A DNA stretch of 64,000 nt from an uncultured Chloroflexia bacterium (GCA_963746075.1 CAVUZY010000004.1:663848-727847), one strand, 5' to 3'. Shown: positions 28,511 to 40,237, counted from the stretch's first letter. Made by a program: numbers and translations. The notes: a model not told the origin generated them from the letters alone.

Positions 28511-29629
28511 TCAGGCGGCGACCGCCTCGCGGTCCGAGGTCAGGCTCACGCCCGACTCGGCATCGAAGAGGTGGAGCTTGCTGAGCGGCAGGATCAGCTT
28601 GAGCACGTCGCCCGGCTTGACCCGGTGGTCGGAGTCGACGATCGCGACGATGTCCTTGCCGGCCGCCGTGACGTGGAGGAGCTCCTCGTTGCCGAGGTAC
28701 TCGACGACGTCGGCGTTGCCCGGGAAGCTGACCGTATCGCCCTCGACGCCTTGGAGCTCGAGATGCTCGGGCCGGAAGCCCGCCACGAGCTTGCGGCCGC
28801 TGGTCGCGCCGACCGACTGGGCGAAGCGGGTGGGAAGCGCCGCCGACCAGTCGCCGGGGCCAACCAGCCGCGGCGTGCCGCCGGACGAGTCGAACGTCAC
28901 GTCGAGGAAGTTCATCGACGGGCTGCCGATGAAACCCGCGACGAAGCGGTTGGCGGGCTGGTCGTACAGGACCTGCGGCGTGCCGACCTGCATCAGCAGG
29001 CCGTCGCTCATGACCGCGATCCGGGTGCCCATCGTCATCGCCTCGACCTGGTCGTGGGTGACGTACACGAACGTCGTGCCCATCCGCTGGTGGAGGCGGG
29101 CGATCTCGGCCCGGGTCTGGACGCGGAGCTTTGCGTCGAGGTTCGAGAGGGGCTCGTCCATCAGGAACACCGAGGGCTCGCGGACGATCGCCCGGCCGAG
29201 CGCGACGCGCTGGCGCTGGCCGCCGGACAGCTCCTTCGGCTTGCGGTCGAGGAGCTTCTCGAGGCTGAGGATCCCGGCCGCCTCGTTGACCCGCTTCTCG
29301 ATGTCGGCCTTGGGCAGCTTGCGCAACTTCAGCCCGAACGCCATGTTGTCGCGGACGGTCATGTGCGGATAGAGCGCATAGCTCTGGAAGACCATCGCGA
29401 TGTCGCGATCCTTGGGCGGGACGTCGTTCACGACGCGGTCGCCGATCCTCAGGGTGCCGGAGGTGATCTCCTCGAGACCGGCGATCATCCGGAGGCTGGT
29501 GGTCTTGCCGCAGCCCGACGGCCCGACCAGGACCATGAACTCGCCGTCGTTGATCGCGAGATCCATGTCCTTGACGACGTGGACGTCGCCGTAGCTCTTG
29601 TTGACCTTCTCGAACGTGACCGTAGACAC
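28511..29629 (-). CDS. msiK: multiple-sugar ABC transporter ATP-binding protein (MalK/MsiK family), standalone
   Basis: Walker A GPSGCGKTT, signature LSGGQRQRVALGRA, Walker B VFLMDEPLSNLD, C-terminal TOBE domain. Near-collinear with actinobacterial MsiK. Confidence 0.9.
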   Translation of the reverse strand: MSTVTFEKVNKSYGDVHVVKDMDLAINDGEFMVLVGPSGCGKTTSLRMIAGLEEITSGTLRIGDRVVNDVPPKDRDIAMVFQSYALYPHMTVRDNMAFGLKLRKLPKADIEKRVNEAAGILSLEKLLDRKPKELSGGQRQRVALGRAIVREPSVFLMDEPLSNLDAKLRVQTRAEIARLHQRMGTTFVYVTHDQVEAMTMGTRIAVMSDGLLMQVGTPQVLYDQPANRFVAGFIGSPSMNFLDVTFDSSGGTPRLVGPGDWSAALPTRFAQSVGATSGRKLVAGFRPEHLELQGVEGDTVSFPGNADVVEYLGNEELLHVTAAGKDIVAIVDSDHRVKPGDVLKLILPLSKLHLFDAESGVSLTSDREAVAA

Positions 29630-29917
29630 GGGCGCACCTCACTCCACCGGGGCATCGCGGGTCCTTGCATCCAGCCGCCGTTTGGCGTCGTGGACGGACC
29701 CCGTACGAGGAGCCGGCTCGAGTGGGAACGATGCTAACACCACGGCTGTCGCGCCTGGACGACGCTGGGCGCGTTGGCGGCTGCGGTGCTCGCTCACGAT
29801 CGTCCGAGGTCGCTCGCTCCGCTCCTCGCCACCGCTTTCCCAGCCTCGCTGATCCGCGACGAATGCGGTCGCCGGCGGGCCGCTGCGCCGGATGGCAACC
29901 ACCGATAGCATCAGTCG

Positions 29918-31252
29918 GTGATTCCGAGCCCACGGACCGAACGTTCCTACCGCGCCCTGCTCACGGTTCCGGGCCTGCCGCGGATCCTCGTGTCAATGCA
30001 GCTGAGCCGCATCGCCCAGTCGATGGTCGGCGTCGCCCTCGTGCTCTTCACCCTCGCCGAGTACGACTCGCCGGCCCTGACCGGGATCGTGACCTTCGCC
30101 AGCGTCTTCCCGGGCCTCGTCGTTGCCCCGATCGCCGGTGCGCTCCTCGATCGCCACGGCCGGACCCGGCTCGTCATCCTCGACTACGCCGTCGCGCTCC
30201 TGGCCCTCGTCCTGATGGGTGCGCTTGCCCTGGCCCACGCCCTGCCCGTGCCGCTCCTGCTCGCGATCGCGGTCGTCAGCTCGCTCACGTCGATCCTGTC
30301 GCACACCGGCCTGCGGAGCCTGTTCCCGCTGCTTGTCCCGGAGCGCCTCTGGGAGCGCGTCAACGCGGTCGACTCAAATGGCTATCTCATCGCGACGATC
30401 CTCGGCCCGCCGCTGGCGGCGGCGCTGGTGACGATCGTCGGTGGCGCGACCACCCTGATCCTGATCGGGATCGTGTACGGCGCCGCGACGATCGCGATGC
30501 TCGGCGCGCCCGATCCGATGTCGACGACGTCGTCCACGGGCAATCTCCTCCGCGACGCCTGGGACGGCGTGAAATACACGGTCCGGAACCCGACGCTGCG
30601 CGGGCTGGGAATCTCGATCTCGCTCCTCAACCTGTCGGGCGGGATGGTCACGATCGTCGTCCCGCTGATCGTGATCGACCGGCTGCATGCGGCGGAGGTC
30701 GTGGTCGGGCTCGTCTTCGCGGTGTCCGGCGTGGCGGGGATGGTGGCCGCCCTGATCGCCGGTCGCCTGGACAGTCGAGGTCGCGAGTGGCATCTCCTCG
30801 TCCTGCCGATGGCCGGGATCGCGGTCGCCGATCTGTTCCTGCTGGCAGGGGCGGGTGCCGCCACCGCCCTGACCGGCGTGCTGTTCGTGGGGCTCGGGCT
30901 GGCCCTCGGCGGGGCACTCAACGGGCCGATGGACGTCGGGCTGTTCACGATCCGCCAGCGCCGGACGGACCAGGCGTGGATGGGCCGTGCGTTCGCCGTC
31001 TCGATGGCATTCAACTTCACGGGCTATCCGGTCGGGGCAGCGCTGGCCGGTCTCCTGGCGGCGTCGTCGATCGAGGCCGCGATCATCGTCGGGGCGGCCG
31101 CCTGCATCGCGGCCGGCGTGGCGGCGGCGGTCTTGATCCCGCGCCAGGCGCCGTCGCTCAGCGGGACGGCGGACGCGGCTCGCAGGGCACGGGCCGCGGC
31201 TGCCGCCGAGGCGGCGTCCTTGCCGGACGGCGGGCCGACGCGGCCCGCCTGA
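29918..31252 (+). CDS. MFS transporter
   Basis: About 12 predicted TM helices; intact 444-aa ORF. Confidence 0.8.
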   Translation: MIPSPRTERSYRALLTVPGLPRILVSMQLSRIAQSMVGVALVLFTLAEYDSPALTGIVTFASVFPGLVVAPIAGALLDRHGRTRLVILDYAVALLALVLMGALALAHALPVPLLLAIAVVSSLTSILSHTGLRSLFPLLVPERLWERVNAVDSNGYLIATILGPPLAAALVTIVGGATTLILIGIVYGAATIAMLGAPDPMSTTSSTGNLLRDAWDGVKYTVRNPTLRGLGISISLLNLSGGMVTIVVPLIVIDRLHAAEVVVGLVFAVSGVAGMVAALIAGRLDSRGREWHLLVLPMAGIAVADLFLLAGAGAATALTGVLFVGLGLALGGALNGPMDVGLFTIRQRRTDQAWMGRAFAVSMAFNFTGYPVGAALAGLLAASSIEAAIIVGAAACIAAGVAAAVLIPRQAPSLSGTADAARRARAAAAAEAASLPDGGPTRPA

Positions 31253-31301
31253 CCTCGGGCGGGCCACCAGCCCGCCGGACGCCCGCTGTCCGCCGCCAGT
31301 C

Positions 31302-31901
31302 CTAGCTTCCCGCGGGCACCAGCGTGACCGTGCTGGCCGGACCAACGGTCCGGCCCGGCGCACCGCTTGCCGTCGGTCCGCCGCCCTGGCCGCCGTTGCC
31401 GTTGCCGTTGAATGCGCCTCGTCCGGCCTGGAGCTGGACGATGACGGTGCTGCCCGCGGTCACGTCGGTGGCCGTGGCGCCCTCCCGCTGGTACCACGTC
31501 GTCTGGGCGTCGGTGGGGATCGTCAGCGACTGGCCGCTCGGAAGCTCGACCGTGATGGAGTCGGCCGTCACCGCGGTCACGACGCCCTGCAGCGAGACGC
31601 CACCCGCGGCCCCACCCGGACCGCCCGTGAACCCTCCGGGAGCGCCACTGGCCGTCGGCCCGCCGACGAACCCACCCGTGCGCGGAGCGGCGGTCGGCGG
31701 CACGGTGACGCGGCCGACGGCGAATGCCACGCCACCCACGGCAACCACGAGGGCCACGCCGAGGAGCACGTTGACGAGCATGCCCATGGCGCCTCGCTGT
31801 CGGGCCGTCGGAACCTCGAGCGGCGGCAGCGGCATCTGGGCCGCGGGCGCCGCTTCGGGCGCGGCGGGCAGGAACGGGTCGCGAGAACGGTCGTGGGACA
31901 T
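31302..31901 (-). CDS. exported or anchored Gly/Thr/Ala-rich hypothetical protein
   Basis: Probable start MSHDRS..., TM/signal segment MGMLVNVLLGVALVVAVGGVAFAV, then GGFVGGPTASGAPGGFTGGPGGAAGG repeats. Immediately downstream of the efflux operon on the same strand. Confidence 0.45.
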   Translation of the reverse strand: MSHDRSRDPFLPAAPEAAPAAQMPLPPLEVPTARQRGAMGMLVNVLLGVALVVAVGGVAFAVGRVTVPPTAAPRTGGFVGGPTASGAPGGFTGGPGGAAGGVSLQGVVTAVTADSITVELPSGQSLTIPTDAQTTWYQREGATATDVTAGSTVIVQLQAGRGAFNGNGNGGQGGGPTASGAPGRTVGPASTVTLVPAGS

Positions 31902-31911
31902 GAGGCTTCTC

Positions 31912-33089
31912 CTACTCGTAGCGGAGGGCGGTGATCGGGTCGAGGCGAGCGGCCTGGCGAGCCGGCCAGACGCCGAACACGACGCCGACCGCAAGGCTGA
32001 ACACGACGGCGGCGGCGACCGTCGTCGGGTTGAACTGGAAGCCCCAGCCGGCGAGCTGGCCGATCAGGGCGGAGAAACCGAGCCCGACGGCGATCCCGAT
32101 CAGCCCGCCGAGCAGCGACAGGGTCAGCGCCTCGATCAGGAACTGGGCGAGGATGTCGCGGCCGCGCGCCCCGACGGCCTTGCGAATGCCGATCTCGCGG
32201 GTCCGCTCGCGGACCGACACGAGCATGATGTTCATGATCCCGATGCCGCCGACGACGAGCGAGATCGACGCGATCCCGCCGAGCAGCAGGGTCAGCGTCG
32301 CGCTGATCGACGACGCCGCGTCGAGGAGCTGGGTCTGGTTGAACACCGAGAAGTCCGCGGCGTCGGTCGCGGCCAGCTCGTGGCGCTCGCGGAGCAGGGC
32401 GGTGATCGCCGTCGTCAGCGCGGTCATCCGGTCATCGGAGACGACGCTCACCCCGATCGTCCGGACGGTGTCGCCGGCAACAAAGTACTTGCTGACCGTC
32501 GCGAGCGGGACGAGCACCTGGTCGTCCGGGTTCTGGAACCCCGTGCCGCCTTTCGGCTGGAGAATCCCGATGACCTGGAACGGCAGCCCGCCGATCGTGA
32601 CCGTCGAACCGATCGACGCGGCGTCGAGGCCGAGATCGGACGCCGTCGTCGCTCCGAGGACCGCGACGCGCAGCCCGCGCTCGACGGTCGTCGCGGTCAG
32701 GAACGATCCCTGCCACATGTCGTACGCCCGGACGAGGGCGTAGTCGGCGCTCGTCCCGACGACCGACGAGGTGGTCGTCTTCGTCCCGACGGCGATCGTC
32801 GCCGAGGTCTGGAGCTCCGGCGCCACGGCCGCGACGCCCTCGACCTTCGCGATCGCGGCCGCGTCGTCGAGGGTGAGCGAGGCATCGGCCCCGCCGGTCG
32901 GGCTGACGGTCAGGAGGTTCGTCCCGAGGCTCGCCAGCCGGGAGGTGATGTTGGCGGTCGTGCCCTGGCCGACGCCGACGAGGGCGACGACCGACGCCAC
33001 GCCGATCACGACCCCAAGCATGGTCAGCGCCGCCCGAAGCCGGCTCGTCCGGAGCCGCGACAGGGCCAGGCGAAGGAGCTCGATCGCGT

Positions 33090-33093
<4 letters not shown>
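31912..33093 (-). CDS. ABC efflux permease, FtsX/MacB family
   Basis: GTG start overlaps the ATPase stop (GTGA). N-terminal TM, large periplasmic domain, then three C-terminal TM helices (FtsX fold). Confidence 0.8.
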
Positions 33094-33763
<670 letters not shown>

Positions 33764-33769
<6 letters not shown>

Positions 33770-34933
33770 GTTCGTGACGAAGCCGCGCGGGCCGCCGCCA
33801 CCACCCGGAACGGCGATCCCACCGGCGCCTCCGCCGGTCCCGGTCGTCGATCGCTGGGTGCTGCTCGTCCCGGTGACGACGACGTCGCCGGCGGTCAGCC
33901 CCGAGGTGATCTCGACGAGCGAGCTCGTCACGAGGCCGACCGTGACCGGCCGAGCCTCCGCCGTACCGGACGCCGGGACGACGAGGACGGTGTGGTTGTC
34001 CGCGGTCCCGCGGAGCGCCGCGGCCGGGATGGCCAGGACACCCGTCGCCGACGCGGTGGTGATCGTGACATCCGCGGTCATGCCGGCCCGGAGAGTCGTG
34101 GGCGGATCGGTCAGCGCGACCGTGACGGCGTAGGACACGACGCCACCGGACGAGTCGGTCGACGCGATCGGCGCGATCGCCGTCACCGTCCCTGCGACCT
34201 CGGCACCGATGGCCGACACCGAGACGGTGGCGGCCTGCTGGAGCTTCATCGACGCGATGTCGCTCTCGACGACGTCGGCCGTCACCACGTACTCCGTCGA
34301 GGCGATCGAGATGGCTGCGCCGGACGGGGCGTCGGCGCCGGCCGCGATGTTGATCGCCGTCACAATCCCCGCCGCAGGCGCGGTGAGCCGGTTGCGAGTG
34401 GCGGTCGCCTTGAGGTCGAGGAGCTTCTGATGGGCGGCGGCGGCCACGTTGCGGGCATTGAGCAGCGAGCTCCGCGCCTGGCGGATCGCGCTCGTGCTGC
34501 CCGAATCGACGGCATCGTCGTAGCTCGCCGACGCCTGCTGCCGCTGGAGCTCGGTTGCCGTCCAGTCGTTCTTCGCCGCCGTGAGGTCGGCCGCGAGCGT
34601 GGCGTTCGCGGCGCTGGCCAGAACCTGGTCCTTGGCAACGACATCGCCGACCTTGACCGCGACCGTCGCGACCGTCCAGGTTCCGTCCTGGCTGGCGGTC
34701 GTGTCGGACGGGTCCGCCGTCGTCGGTGGGACGCCGAAGGTGAGGCTCCAGGTGGTCGACGAGGCGATCGATCCGGTGGCAGCGACATCGTCGCGAACGT
34801 CCGTGACGGCCGCCGTGCCCGTGAGGAACGAGGTCGCGCCTGCGGCACTGGTCGGCAGACCGCCGACGGCCATGAAAACGGCAGCGCCGCCGACGACGAG
34901 AAGAACCGCGATCGCGACGAGCTTCAGTCTCAT
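33764..34933 (-). CDS. HlyD-family periplasmic adaptor (membrane fusion protein)
   Basis: N-terminal TM, coiled-coil/lipoyl region, β-barrel region, Gly-rich C-terminus. First gene of the three-gene efflux operon. Confidence 0.8.
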
Positions 34934-35089
34934 GCAACGGCCACCGAGCGGGGCGCGGAGGTGGTGCGCCCGATCGCCGGAAGGCTCAACTGGCCGGGTG
35001 AGAAGTCCGTGAGAGCCGAGGCGCCGCGTCGGACGGGCTGATGAGGGAGCAGGCGGCCGGCGGCGGGCTGAGCTCGCGCCGGCGTCGGG

Positions 35090-35506
35090 TCAGCGGCTCC
35101 TGGCGGCGGCCTCGTGGGCGCGTCGATATTCCTCGCGGAGCCGGTCGACCAGGGCGTTGGCCTCGGCAGCCTCGGCCGAGCCGGCGTCAGCCGCCAGCGC
35201 GCGACGCTCGGCGTCGCGCCAGTCGGCGAGGACCGCCTGGATCGGGCGAACGGTGTTCTCGATCGAGGTGTCGGGTGCGTTCGGCGACCCGGCCTCCACC
35301 TGGCCGTTGACGATCCTGGACAGGTCGTGCTGGCGCGTCGTGGCAGCGAGGATGCGCCCGGCGATCTCCTCGATCCGGGCCGCCAGCTCCACCAGGCGCG
35401 GGTCGCCCGGCTCGAGCGAGCGCTTCTCCTCCTCGATCGTGACGAGCACCTCGAGGTCGCGGAGGAGTCCGTCCGACGTCTCGCGTAGCGCGGTTCCAGT
35501 TTCCAC
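35090..35506 (-). CDS. hypothetical small protein
   Basis: C-terminal ~139 aa of ORF 35090..36136 is plausible (coiled-coil-like LRDLEVLVTIEEEKRSLEPGDPRLVELAARIEEIAG). A GTG start near 35506 is inferred. Confidence 0.3.
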   Translation of the reverse strand: METGTALRETSDGLLRDLEVLVTIEEEKRSLEPGDPRLVELAARIEEIAGRILAATTRQHDLSRIVNGQVEAGSPNAPDTSIENTVRPIQAVLADWRDAERRALAADAGSAEAAEANALVDRLREEYRRAHEAAARSR

Positions 35507-35619
35507 AGCGTCCCCTCGGGCGCCCCGGCAGCCCCCTCGATGCCGACCGTCCGATCGACGGTCGGGGGCGAGCATACCCGCCACCGGCGGACTGGTCGAA
35601 CGCCGCCGATGCCGTCCGC

Positions 35620-36252
35620 TCAGCGTTCTCCGGCCAGGTAGGCGTGCCAGAGCAGCCGCGCCGCGACCGCCCGCCACGGACGCCAGGCCTCCGCGACCGC
35701 CCGCTGCGTCGCCGCGTCCGGGATCGCTTCCAGGTGCTTGGCGCGACGCATCGCCGCAGCCAGTGCGAGATCGCCGTCCGGGTAGACGTCGGGCCGGCCG
35801 AGGGCCATGAGCAGGTAGATGTCGGCCGTCCAGCGCCCGACGCCGAGCAGCCCGGTCAGCTGCTCGCGGGCGGCATCGTCGTCGGCGCGGGCCAGGGCCG
35901 CCGGGTCGAACCGTCCATCGAGCGTCGCGTCCGCGAGCGCGACCACGTAGCGCGCCTTCTGGCGGGTCTGACCGGCTGCCCGGGCGCCGTCCTCGCCGAG
36001 GGCCGCGATCGCCGCCGGATCGAGGGATCCCGCCGCCCGGCGGAGCCGATCGAGGGCGGCCACGCCCGAGGCGAGCGAGACCTGCTGCTCGAGGATGATC
36101 GCGGCCAACGTCGCGAACCCCGCCGGGCGGTCCCACAACGGCGGCGGTCCGATGCGATCGACGATCGCGGCGAGGTCCGGGTCGCGCTCGGCGAGGACCG
36201 CCACCGCGGCGTGGAGCGTCGCGAGATCGAGCGGCACGGTCGTGGTGGGCAT
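35620..36252 (-). CDS. HhH-GPD DNA glycosylase, AlkA/DNA-3-methyladenine glycosylase II-like
   Basis: HhH-GPD core ...ILEQQVSLASGVAALDRL...GVGRWTADIYLLMALGRPDV....D. Probable start MPTTTVPL at 36252. Confidence 0.7.
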   Translation of the reverse strand: MPTTTVPLDLATLHAAVAVLAERDPDLAAIVDRIGPPPLWDRPAGFATLAAIILEQQVSLASGVAALDRLRRAAGSLDPAAIAALGEDGARAAGQTRQKARYVVALADATLDGRFDPAALARADDDAAREQLTGLLGVGRWTADIYLLMALGRPDVYPDGDLALAAAMRRAKHLEAIPDAATQRAVAEAWRPWRAVAARLLWHAYLAGER

Positions 36253-36398
36253 CCCACGGACGGTAACCCGGTCGCGGGCCGGTCGGTTGCGCCCGCCCGC
36301 GCTTTTCATGTCGCTCTCATGCGGGCCCTCGAGCCTTCGGTCCAACGGTCCGGTCCAACCGAGGGAGGTTCGCCACCAGACCATCAGCCATCTCGCCC

Positions 36399-37577
36399 GT
36401 GCCCACGGGTGCGGAGACCCACGTGAACGAGCCGTTCCGCGACGAGCCGCCGGTCCGCGACCTGGCCGCCTCGACCCCCGACGCGATCGACAGCGCGATC
36501 GATGCCCGCCGCACCGCCGAAGCCGTGCTCTACGAGATCCGGCGCGTGATCGTCGGCCAGGACGCGATGCTCGAGCGGGTCCTCGTGGCGCTCCTGGCCG
36601 GCGGCCACCTGCTCCTCGAGGGCGTTCCGGGTCTTGCCAAGACGTTGACGATCAAGACCCTCGCCGACGTCCTTCACGCATCGTTCCGACGGATCCAGTT
36701 CACCCCGGACCTCGTCCCGGGCGACCTCGTCGGGACCCGGATCTACCGCCCCGACCGCGGCACGTTCGACACGGAGCTCGGGCCGGTCTTCTGCAACTTC
36801 CTGCTCGCCGACGAGATCAACCGTGCCCCGGCCAAGGTCCAGAGCGCGCTGCTCGAGGTCATGCAGGAGCGCCAGGTCACGATCGGCCCGGAGAGCCACG
36901 CCGTCCCCCGGCCGTTCCTCGTCATGGCGACCCAGAACCCGATCGAGTCGGAGGGCACGTACCCGCTGCCCGAGGCCCAGGTCGACCGCTTCATGATGAA
37001 GGTCGTCGTCGGCTACCCGAGCGGCGAGGAGGAGGCGCTCGTCGTCGAGCGGTCGCTCCGGCCCGCCGCCATCGTGACCCCGATCCTGACCGCCGACGCG
37101 CTCGGCGCCCTCCAGGCGATGACCGCCGACGTCTATGTCGACCGCCCGATCGTCGACTACGCCGTCGCCCTGACGGCCGCCACGCGCCACCCGGAGCAGG
37201 TCGGACTCCCGGCGATCAAGCCGTACATCGCCTTCGGGGCGAGCCCGCGCGGCTCGATCAACCTGATCCACGCCGCCCGTGCCCTCGCCCTCGTGCGCGG
37301 CCGGCGCTACGTGATCCCGGGCGATGTCGTCGACCTCGCGCGCGACGTGCTGCGTCATCGGATCGTGCCGAGCTTCACCTCCCTCGCCGAGGAGGTCACC
37401 GCCGACATGATCCTCGACCGTCTGGTCGAGGCCGTGCCGGTGCCACGGGTCGCCCACGACGGTCTCCTTGCCCGGTCCGAAGCGGCCGAGCGGGGTGGTC
37501 CGGTCGGACGGGCTCGCCTCAATCCGTCGGCCGAGCCATTCGGTGCCGCCGCGCAGCCCGAGGAGCGCTCCGCATGA
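36399..37577 (+). CDS. MoxR-family AAA+ ATPase (Bat-like module 1)
   Basis: GQDAMLERVLVALLAGGHLLLEGVPGLAKT...LLADEINRAPAKVQSALLEVMQERQVT. Stop overlaps the next gene's start (ATGA). Confidence 0.9.
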   Translation: MPTGAETHVNEPFRDEPPVRDLAASTPDAIDSAIDARRTAEAVLYEIRRVIVGQDAMLERVLVALLAGGHLLLEGVPGLAKTLTIKTLADVLHASFRRIQFTPDLVPGDLVGTRIYRPDRGTFDTELGPVFCNFLLADEINRAPAKVQSALLEVMQERQVTIGPESHAVPRPFLVMATQNPIESEGTYPLPEAQVDRFMMKVVVGYPSGEEEALVVERSLRPAAIVTPILTADALGALQAMTADVYVDRPIVDYAVALTAATRHPEQVGLPAIKPYIAFGASPRGSINLIHAARALALVRGRRYVIPGDVVDLARDVLRHRIVPSFTSLAEEVTADMILDRLVEAVPVPRVAHDGLLARSEAAERGGPVGRARLNPSAEPFGAAAQPEERSA

Positions 37578-38514
37578 CCGGCTGGAACAACGCCATCGCA
37601 GGCGCCCAGCGGACCCCGGCTCGACCGGGGCCCGGCCCGACGCCCGAGGCGCTCCTCCGCGCCCTCGACCTGACGATCGGACGGCGGATCCGCGGCCTGC
37701 TCCCCGGGGAGTACCGGGCCCACGACCTCGGCGGCGGCACCGAGCTCGCCCAGGTCCGGCCGTACGAGCCGGGCGACGACATCCGCCGGATGGACTGGAA
37801 TGTCACGGCCCGGACCGCGGTGCCGCACGTCCGGGTCCACGTTCCGGAGCGGGCCCTCACGGCGTGGCTCCTGCTCGACGTCTCGCCATCGATGACGTTC
37901 GGGACCGCCGACCGACGCAAGGCCGACGTCGCGGACGGTGTCGCCGTCGCGATCGGCCATCTCGCAACCCAACGCGGGAACCGACTCGGGATCGTGACGT
38001 TCGGTGGCTCGCGCGATCGGCGCCTGCCGCCGGCCGCGGGCCGGGCCGGGCTGCTCGGCCTGCTCCTCGCGAGCCAGGTCGAGACGGTCGAGGAGGGCGT
38101 CGGGGCGACCTCGCCGGTTGATGCCCTTCGACTCGCCAGCGCCGCTGCGCCACGAGGCGGCCTGGTCGTCCTCGTCTCCGACTTCCGGGGGCCGCGGAAC
38201 TGGCGCCAGCCCGCTCGCCGCGTTGGCCGCCCGCCACCACGTCCTGGCCGTCGAGATCGACGATCCACGCGAGTCCGCGCTGACCGACGTCGGCGAGCTG
38301 ACCCTCGTCGACGCCGAGACCGGCCGCGAGGTCCGCGTGGACACCTCGTCGTCGCGGCTCCGCGAGCGGTTCGCCGAGGCCGCCGCTGCCGAGCGGGCGT
38401 CCGTCGCGACCGACGCTCCGACGGATCGGCGTCGACCACATCGTCCTGTCGACCGCCGGCGACTGGCTGCGGACGCTCGCCGGCGAGCTCCACCTCCGGG
38501 GGCTGCGGTCATGA
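37574..38514 (+). CDS. DUF58 protein (Bat-like module 1); two frameshifts (~38200 and ~38440)
   Basis: MDWNVTARTAVPHVRVHVPERALTAWLLLDVSPSM...LVVLVSDFRGP. It continues in a second frame as LAALAARHHVLAVEIDDPRESALTDVGELTLVDAETGREVRV and ends in a third frame as GVDHIVLSTAGDWLRTLAGELHLRGLRS* overlapping the next ATG. Confidence 0.75.
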
Positions 38515-39581
38515 CCTTCACCGATCCGCTCCTGCTCCTCGGGCTGCTCATCGTGCCCGCCGCGCTCATCGCCTACGGCCTCATCCAGCGCCGGCGCAGC
38601 CGCTACGCGGTCCGGTTCACGAACGTCGACCTGCTCGGCAACCTCGTGCCCCGGACGCCGGCCTGGCGGCGCCACGTGCCGCCGGCCCTGTACCTCGTCG
38701 CCATGGCCGCCCTCGTCCTCGCCCTGGCCCGGCCGTCCATGGCGATCCAGGTCCCGCGCGAGGAGGCCACGATCATCCTGACGATGGACGTCTCGGGGTC
38801 GATGATGGCCACCGACGTCTCGCCGACCCGGCTCGCCGCCGCCCAGCGGGCCGCCAACGACTTCGTCGACCAGCTGCCGGCCGGCGTCAAGGTCGGGCTC
38901 GTGGCCTTCTCGACGGCGCCGCGTGTCGTCGTCGCCGCGACCACCGACCGGGCCGCCCTGCACGAGGGCATCGCCAACCTCCGGGCCCGCGGCGGGACGG
39001 CGCTCGGCGACGCGATCATCACGTCGCTCGAGGCAGCCGGGCTCGATCCGGCCGGGACGCCGGGCGATCCGGCAGCCACACCGCCGGGCGACCCGTCCGC
39101 CTCGGACGATCCGCCGGCGGAGCCCAGCGCGGGGCCGTCCGCCTCGGCCTCGGGCGAGCCGGGAGCCGCGGAGGCGCCGGTCATCGCGACCGTGCTGCTG
39201 TCCGATGGCGCCAATTCGACCGGCGAGATGGAGCCGCTGCCGGCCGCCGAGCAGGCCGCCGTCCTCGGCGTGCCGATCTACACGATCGCGCTCGGGACGG
39301 CGGACGGCGTCGTCACCGTCCCCGACGACGAAGGAGAGCTGCATACCCTCAACGTTCCTCCCGACACGGAGACCCTGGCCGCGATCGCCGAGACGACCGG
39401 GGGACGCGCCTTCGAGGCGCCGACCGCGACCGATCTCGCCCAGATCTACGAGAGCCTCGGCTCGCGGATCGGCTACACGACCGAGGAGCGCGAGGTCACG
39501 CAGTGGTTCGCCGCTGCCGGCCTGCTCCTCGTGGTGACCGGCGCCGGGCTCGCCGCCCACTGGTTCAACCGCTTCCCATGA
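38511..39581 (+). CDS. von Willebrand factor A (VWA) domain membrane protein, BatA-like (module 1)
   Basis: N-terminal TM, MIDAS motif ILTMDVSGSMMATDVSPTRL, C-terminal TM AAAGLLLVVTGAGLAAHW. Confidence 0.8.
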   Translation: MTFTDPLLLLGLLIVPAALIAYGLIQRRRSRYAVRFTNVDLLGNLVPRTPAWRRHVPPALYLVAMAALVLALARPSMAIQVPREEATIILTMDVSGSMMATDVSPTRLAAAQRAANDFVDQLPAGVKVGLVAFSTAPRVVVAATTDRAALHEGIANLRARGGTALGDAIITSLEAAGLDPAGTPGDPAATPPGDPSASDDPPAEPSAGPSASASGEPGAAEAPVIATVLLSDGANSTGEMEPLPAAEQAAVLGVPIYTIALGTADGVVTVPDDEGELHTLNVPPDTETLAAIAETTGGRAFEAPTATDLAQIYESLGSRIGYTTEEREVTQWFAAAGLLLVVTGAGLAAHWFNRFP

Positions 39582-39724
39582 CCAGCACTGGGGCTCGCCG
39601 CCCGACCCGCTCGGCGTCGCGGGGGCTTCGCCGGCCGGGACCGCCGGGGGCGGTCCCCGCTCCCTCCCGTGGCCGACCCGGCCGCGGTCCACACCCGCTG
39701 GCTGGAGGTGCCGATGCACGACCG

Positions 39725-40237
39725 ATGAGCCGCGACGACCCGTTCGCCCACCTTCTAGGAGAACTCATGACCTGGTCCGATCAGCCGGCCAACCAGCCGG
39801 CCCACTCCCCGCCCGCAAGCTCGCCGTTCGCGGCGCCCGACCCGGCAGCCAACGACCCGGCGGTCCCCGCATCGTTCTCGCCCGCCCCGACGCCGGCCTC
39901 GGCCGAGCGCCGCGGACGGCCGTTCCTCGGCGGTGCCCGTCGGACGATCGCCACCGCCCTCCTCGCCGTCGGCCTGCTGACGGTCGGTGGCGTGGCGGTC
40001 GTCTTCGCGGCCGATCCGTCCGCGTCGCCGGCACCGAGCGGCGCGGCCGCGCCGGCCACGGACGGCAACGGCACCGCTCCGAGCAGCGGGACGAACCGCG
40101 CCCAGCGCGGAGCGGCCGGGACCGACGGCGTCGACTGCCCGGACAAGGGGACCGGCGGCGGTGGGTCCACGACCCCCGACGCGTCGCAGGCTCCATCGAC
40201 CGACGAGCCGACGACGGATCCGTCCGCCGAGCTCTAG
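39725..40237 (+). CDS. hypothetical Pro/Ala-rich exported protein
   Basis: TM segment TIATALLAVGLLTVGGVAVVFAA followed by low-complexity P/A/S/G sequence. Confidence 0.4.
   Translation: MSRDDPFAHLLGELMTWSDQPANQPAHSPPASSPFAAPDPAANDPAVPASFSPAPTPASAERRGRPFLGGARRTIATALLAVGLLTVGGVAVVFAADPSASPAPSGAAAPATDGNGTAPSSGTNRAQRGAAGTDGVDCPDKGTGGGGSTTPDASQAPSTDEPTTDPSAEL

Noticed and set aside
36095-40237. 1380-aa plus-strand ORF spanning moxR, DUF58, VWA and the downstream gene
   Set aside because: This is a stop-codon-free frame in GC-rich DNA. Its translation is plausible only in the segments that coincide with the real genes, which arise through frame coincidence after indels. Elsewhere it is Arg-rich nonsense.
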